Positions 37,052 through 40,910 of a stretch of DNA of 40,910 nt are shown one piece after another. The stretch's first letter is position 1, and each line of letters opens with the position of its first letter. The DNA is from an uncultured bacterium. GTDB lineage: Bacteria; Verrucomicrobiota; Kiritimatiellia; CAIKKV01; CAITUY01. A program made the position numbers and the translations under genes. The notes beneath the pieces were generated by a model. The model worked only from the letters and a program-made list of their open reading frames with translations, was not told where the DNA came from and did no database searches. The stretch lies in assembly GCA_903895695.1 (NCBI GenBank), contig CAITUY010000109.1, positions 1-40,910 on the forward strand. The letters run 5' to 3'.

Positions 37052-38260
37052 TCACTTACTGCTGCTGTTCCCATGCTTGTTTGTTTCATCGGTGCTGGCT
37101 TGCGGAGGAATGGATGATGACGCTCTGCCGCGGTCGTCTGTGAAAGGTGATGTCATTGGCAGGCCAGAGAGGGCGGCTAACATTGCGTCACGGGTGTCAC
37201 TCAATCCAGCAAGGTCGTCGTACCACTTCTGCTGTTGGGCCGACCGTGCCATAAACGCTTTAAACAGGTCTGACTCTTGTGCGAAGCGCCGAGCAAGTGC
37301 CTGATAGTTGGCATCGGTCTCCAGAATCTTATCAGTGACCCGTTCGATCTGTTCGGCACCATAGAGAAGCGGAAAACCCACTGCGTAGACCTTCTTGACC
37401 TCATCAATCGTCTTCTTCGCCACCTTGGCATTCAGATGTTCTTTCGCATAGCTGATGAAGAGCTCTGACGAGTACATTTGGAGCGAGGTGTTTGCCGTTT
37501 GGCGCAGTTCCTCTCTCAATTCCGGGCGACATCCGATAGTCTTGCCACGGACTTTCCACCACCAGTCATCTTTCCCGTCATTCGTTACAAAGATGATCCC
37601 CTTCTTGTCACCCGCTGCCTTTTGGAGTATTTCCGTCCATACCACCAAATCGCCGTAGACTTGGTTGCCTTCCTTCTTGTTGGGACCCTTTGTGTCACAG
37701 TAACCCGGCGGAATATCATTGCCGTATCGCTCTTTGCCATCGACATAGAGTTTCTTCAAGTCCTGAGCGGAGAGACCGGCTCCTACCTTGCCAGACAGGA
37801 TTGCTTCGATTTGCGGTAGAATACCGTCTGCTTTGAGGTGATCGGGATGTGACTCCATCTGCTTCTTGATGTCTTCGTCAATCTGATCCAGCGTATCGGT
37901 GAGCCTCTTCTCTATCGCCTTTTGGTCGAGAATTGGGTGGGTACGAAAGGTGAACAGCCTCCTGAGTTCATCATCCGCATGCTTACGAAGCACCGCAACC
38001 ATCTTGCGAGCTTGATCAAGCAAAGTCACCTGGTCTGATATGACCGACGGCCGATTCCGGAAGAACTCCAGTGCGACTTGGCGTGGAATCCACAACTGGC
38101 CTCTGACCTTACGAATGACCTCCAGGCATTCCCCTCGTGTCTTCTCTGTGTAGCGGTAGAGATCAAGCAAGACATTCGTATCGAGCACAATAATACCGTC
38201 TTCCCAGAGTTTTGCGATTTCGGCTTCTGGCAAGGGCGTGTAGCTTTCAAATTCTTTCAC
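37052..38260 (-). CDS. PIN-like nuclease domain (DUF4935-type) protein with helical C-terminal domain
   Basis: N-terminal acidic-residue pattern of a PIN fold: IIVLDTNVLLDLY, IPRQVALEF, YGDLVVWTEI, IIFVTNDGKDDWWW. Lower GC and A/T-ending codons unlike neighbouring genes. Confidence 0.55.
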   Translation of the reverse strand: MKEFESYTPLPEAEIAKLWEDGIIVLDTNVLLDLYRYTEKTRGECLEVIRKVRGQLWIPRQVALEFFRNRPSVISDQVTLLDQARKMVAVLRKHADDELRRLFTFRTHPILDQKAIEKRLTDTLDQIDEDIKKQMESHPDHLKADGILPQIEAILSGKVGAGLSAQDLKKLYVDGKERYGNDIPPGYCDTKGPNKKEGNQVYGDLVVWTEILQKAAGDKKGIIFVTNDGKDDWWWKVRGKTIGCRPELREELRQTANTSLQMYSSELFISYAKEHLNAKVAKKTIDEVKKVYAVGFPLLYGAEQIERVTDKILETDANYQALARRFAQESDLFKAFMARSAQQQKWYDDLAGLSDTRDAMLAALSGLPMTSPFTDDRGRASSSIPPQASTDETNKHGNSSSK

Positions 38261-38496
38261 GGTTTTGGCACCTCAACACCAACGGCTATTAGTGGGGCAA
38301 GATAGTCTTCGACGTGAACGGAATCAATGGTGCATTTCACCATTTACGCCATTAGCGGCTACGAGGTATGGTGAGGCTGTGCCCTCAGAAGGGGGAGAGG
38401 GGATTGGCCGAGGCCGATGGACTGAAGGCGGTTGGAATCGTGGCGACCGGGACCCGTGGCCGGATGGACAACCAGGCGGGTCAGAAAGGGCAACGA

Positions 38497-40425
38497 ATGC
38501 AAAATACACCAGAAGAAGAACTCCTCGCTTGCCATGACAACGTCAGCCCAACCCTCAACAACGTTGTCGCCACCATCCGATCAACGACCGTTCCAATCGA
38601 TGCCCCCTATGATGTCGCTCAAGCTGCCGTTACCGCCGCCCTAGCAACTCCGCTCCGATCAACCACTGTCCCAATCGATGCCCTTTATGCCGCCGCCCAA
38701 GCGGCCCTTACCGCCGCCCTGGCCGCTCCAAGAGCTTCCTTAGCCAGTGCTTACGCCGCGTTCGCCGCCCTAGAAGTCGACCACGCCGTCCGTGACGTTG
38801 TCAACGAAGCCAAAGCTACCGCCGCAAAGTGCGCCGACGCAGAATGCGCCGACGCCAAAGCGGAGGCCCGCGCCGAGGCCCGCGACGCAGCCTATGAGGC
38901 CGTTGCCGACTTCTACGACCCGAGCGACCCAACCTACGCCGCAACCCTCGCCGAACTGGACGATCGTTACGACCCGGGCAACGCCGCAGAATATGCCGAC
39001 CAAGTCGCGAGAGACGAGTACTTGAACCGATCCCCCGCCGCAGCAACGAACGCGGAACGTCGTCTTCATCGCCGTACCAGCGCCGCCAGTGCCACCCACG
39101 CTGCTGCCGAAGAAACCTATGCTGCCGTCCAAACTTCCATTTCCGCTGCCCGCACCGCCCTAAGCGCGGCCCGCGCCGCCCGCGCCACCGAAAGTGTCGC
39201 CCGCGCCGCAGCCCACATTGCCGCAAGTGCAGCCAGTGATGCCCCAGCCGCCCACCGCGCCCACCAAGCCAGCTTTTATGACGACCAAGACGCCAGATAC
39301 GATGTCAACTATAGTACTGCCCGCGCCGCCGTGGTCGCCGCCCGTGCTGCCGTCCAAACCGCCACCGGTGCAGGCAGTGACGCCGCAACCATTGCCGCCC
39401 TTAATGTAACCGTCAGCGCCGCCGCCGCCGTCTCTTACGCCGCCTACAGAACCGCCTACAAAGCCGCGGAGACCAACTCCCGTGCCGAACGAACAGCCCG
39501 CGCCGCCTACGCCGTCGTTGCCGCCGCCGCCAGTGCCGCCCTAGACTCTGTCGCCGATACTGCCTGCGCCACCGCCGAATGCGCTCTCGTTGCCGCCGCA
39601 CAGGCCGTGAAGGTCGCCTCCACAGAAACCGCCGTCGCCGTCGCCTGTACCCGCCGCGTCTCCTGTGCCACCCGAGACGCAGCCTGTGAGGACTGTATGT
39701 ACTGCACTGCCGGCGAAACCGCGAACTCGCCGGCCGTTGTTGCAGACCGTGCCGTCTCCGAAGCCGCTAGTTCCGCCGCCCTAGTTGTCGCTTGTGACGC
39801 CACCAGTGCCGCCTACGCCGAGTACCACGCCGCCTGTACCGACCTACGATCCGCTTGTGCCAACCCAATGACCGCCTTAACAACGAATGACGACATCACA
39901 AATCCAAACATCCGCGCCGACTACCGCGCCGACTATACAGGAGCCAGTGCCGCCTTCGAATACGCCAACGGATTCGTCGCCGCCACCCACATCATCGCAA
40001 ATGAAAATTGTGATGCCGTCCAAACCGCCCTGCTTGCCGCCCAAGCCAACCTAAACGCCGAGTGCGTCGCCACCAATGCCGCCCACCACAGATGCAGTGA
40101 CGCCGCTGCCGATGTCCGTGCCGCCTACGCCGCCGCCGAAACAGCGCTTTCCGTCGCCGCCCAAGCCGTCAAGGTCGCCACAGCCGAAATCGATTTCGCC
40201 TTTGCCTGCCCCACCGACAACGGTGTCGCCGCCGATCGCGCTGTCTGTACCGACGCCCATGCCACCTTCGAAGCGGCTGACGCTACACTTGCCAGCGCTA
40301 TTGCCGATGCCCATGCCGCTCAAGACGCAACCAAGGAAGCCAATGCCGCTCAAGACGCAAGGAAAAGGGCCGCGCTCGCTTCACCGGATATCACTTGCGA
40401 CAGTGAGGATGGGCTTCCCTTCTGA
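38497..40425 (+). CDS. extremely alanine-rich repetitive Cys-containing protein of unknown function
   Basis: ORF is uninterrupted from 38368 to 40425 (685 aa); an in-frame alternative start lies at 38464. Roughly one third Ala. Internal tandem 26-aa repeat (RSTTVPIDA[P/L]Y...), duplicated AAQAVKVA[S/T] blocks, about 20 Cys. Codon usage (cta, tta, aga, agt, caa) differs from flanking host genes. Confidence 0.45.
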   Translation: MQNTPEEELLACHDNVSPTLNNVVATIRSTTVPIDAPYDVAQAAVTAALATPLRSTTVPIDALYAAAQAALTAALAAPRASLASAYAAFAALEVDHAVRDVVNEAKATAAKCADAECADAKAEARAEARDAAYEAVADFYDPSDPTYAATLAELDDRYDPGNAAEYADQVARDEYLNRSPAAATNAERRLHRRTSAASATHAAAEETYAAVQTSISAARTALSAARAARATESVARAAAHIAASAASDAPAAHRAHQASFYDDQDARYDVNYSTARAAVVAARAAVQTATGAGSDAATIAALNVTVSAAAAVSYAAYRTAYKAAETNSRAERTARAAYAVVAAAASAALDSVADTACATAECALVAAAQAVKVASTETAVAVACTRRVSCATRDAACEDCMYCTAGETANSPAVVADRAVSEAASSAALVVACDATSAAYAEYHAACTDLRSACANPMTALTTNDDITNPNIRADYRADYTGASAAFEYANGFVAATHIIANENCDAVQTALLAAQANLNAECVATNAAHHRCSDAAADVRAAYAAAETALSVAAQAVKVATAEIDFAFACPTDNGVAADRAVCTDAHATFEAADATLASAIADAHAAQDATKEANAAQDARKRAALASPDITCDSEDGLPF

Positions 40426-40484
40426 CACCCTAGCAGAACCTGTTGACGGAACGACTCCCACGGCTCTTCGATAAGTTGAGTGCG

Positions 40485-40910
40485 ATGACACGCATTTACG
40501 AGCATTGGCGACAACTGCGAGGCGACAAACGCCTCTCGCCTTGGCGACGGGCGCGACTGGCGGCCGCGATGGAAACCTTTAAGACGGTTCCTGACCTTCT
40601 GCGTTTGGCGCGATTCTGGCGGGATTCGGGCTCCAGCCAAGCGGAAGAGAAAGTGCGGCTGTGCCTGAAGATGGCCGAGACGATGGCAACGACGAGGGAC
40701 GACTGGGGCGAGATTGCCGTGCAATACAGCAAGCACCTTTGGATTTTCGGACGGCATCTCGGAAATGAGGCACTGCGGTGCATGCGCAGAGCGGAGGCGG
40801 TTGCGGAGACCTCCGTAGATTGGGCGGGGTTCGCCATCGATTGGTATCGCCTTTCGGGCACGGACACACGGCGGCAACTACTCCGGTGTCTTGGAACGGC
40901 CTTGGCAAAG
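40485..40910 (+). CDS. hypothetical protein (3' partial, runs off window)
   Basis: Open frame from ATG 40485 to the window end (142 codons) with protein-like composition (MTRIYEHWRQLRGDKRL...). Not in the supplied ORF track, presumably because it has no stop. Confidence 0.3.
   Translation, partial: MTRIYEHWRQLRGDKRLSPWRRARLAAAMETFKTVPDLLRLARFWRDSGSSQAEEKVRLCLKMAETMATTRDDWGEIAVQYSKHLWIFGRHLGNEALRCMRRAEAVAETSVDWAGFAIDWYRLSGTDTRRQLLRCLGTALAK

Noticed and set aside
1-40910. CRISPR arrays, tRNA/rRNA genes, integrase/transposase genes
   Set aside because: No regularly spaced direct repeats with unique spacers, no cloverleaf-compatible conserved tRNA segments, and no recombinase-like ORFs were seen. 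The only tandem repeat (38577-38729) is in-frame coding sequence.

Overview
High-GC (~65-70%) bacterial chromosomal segment. Gene content resembles Planctomycetota/Verrucomicrobiota-like genomes: flotillin/NfeD, glycoside hydrolases, a multi-PAS histidine kinase, LuxR-type response regulator. Most of the window is housekeeping and carbohydrate metabolism: rluA-family, bioB, nth, apt, purD, purE, tsaC fused to a low-molecular-weight protein tyrosine phosphatase (LMW-PTP), rpiB fused in frame to glyA, a ROK kinase, M42 and M50 peptidases, and two glycoside-hydrolase operons that each carry a URO-D-like gene. Two accessory regions stand out. (1) 4.2-7.1 kb is a decayed defense island: an HTH gene plus a minimal nucleotidyltransferase, a truncated type III mod gene, a DUF1016/YhcG nuclease pseudogene, and a truncated type III res gene. 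(2) About 36.25-40.45 kb is a lower-GC, codon-atypical island encoding a small HEPN-motif protein, a 402-aa PIN-like (DUF4935-type) protein, and a 640-685-aa extremely alanine-rich repetitive Cys-rich protein. Island (2) is my best candidate for an undescribed defense or abortive-infection module. A short hairpin repeat family (cctgaacaccgaacactgaacac) recurs in intergenic positions. The window contains many long antisense ORFs that I treat as GC-driven shadow ORFs. I saw no rRNA, tRNA or CRISPR. Coordinates read off the printed sequence may differ by +/-1 from the ORF track in places (for example around 12.5-12.65 kb).
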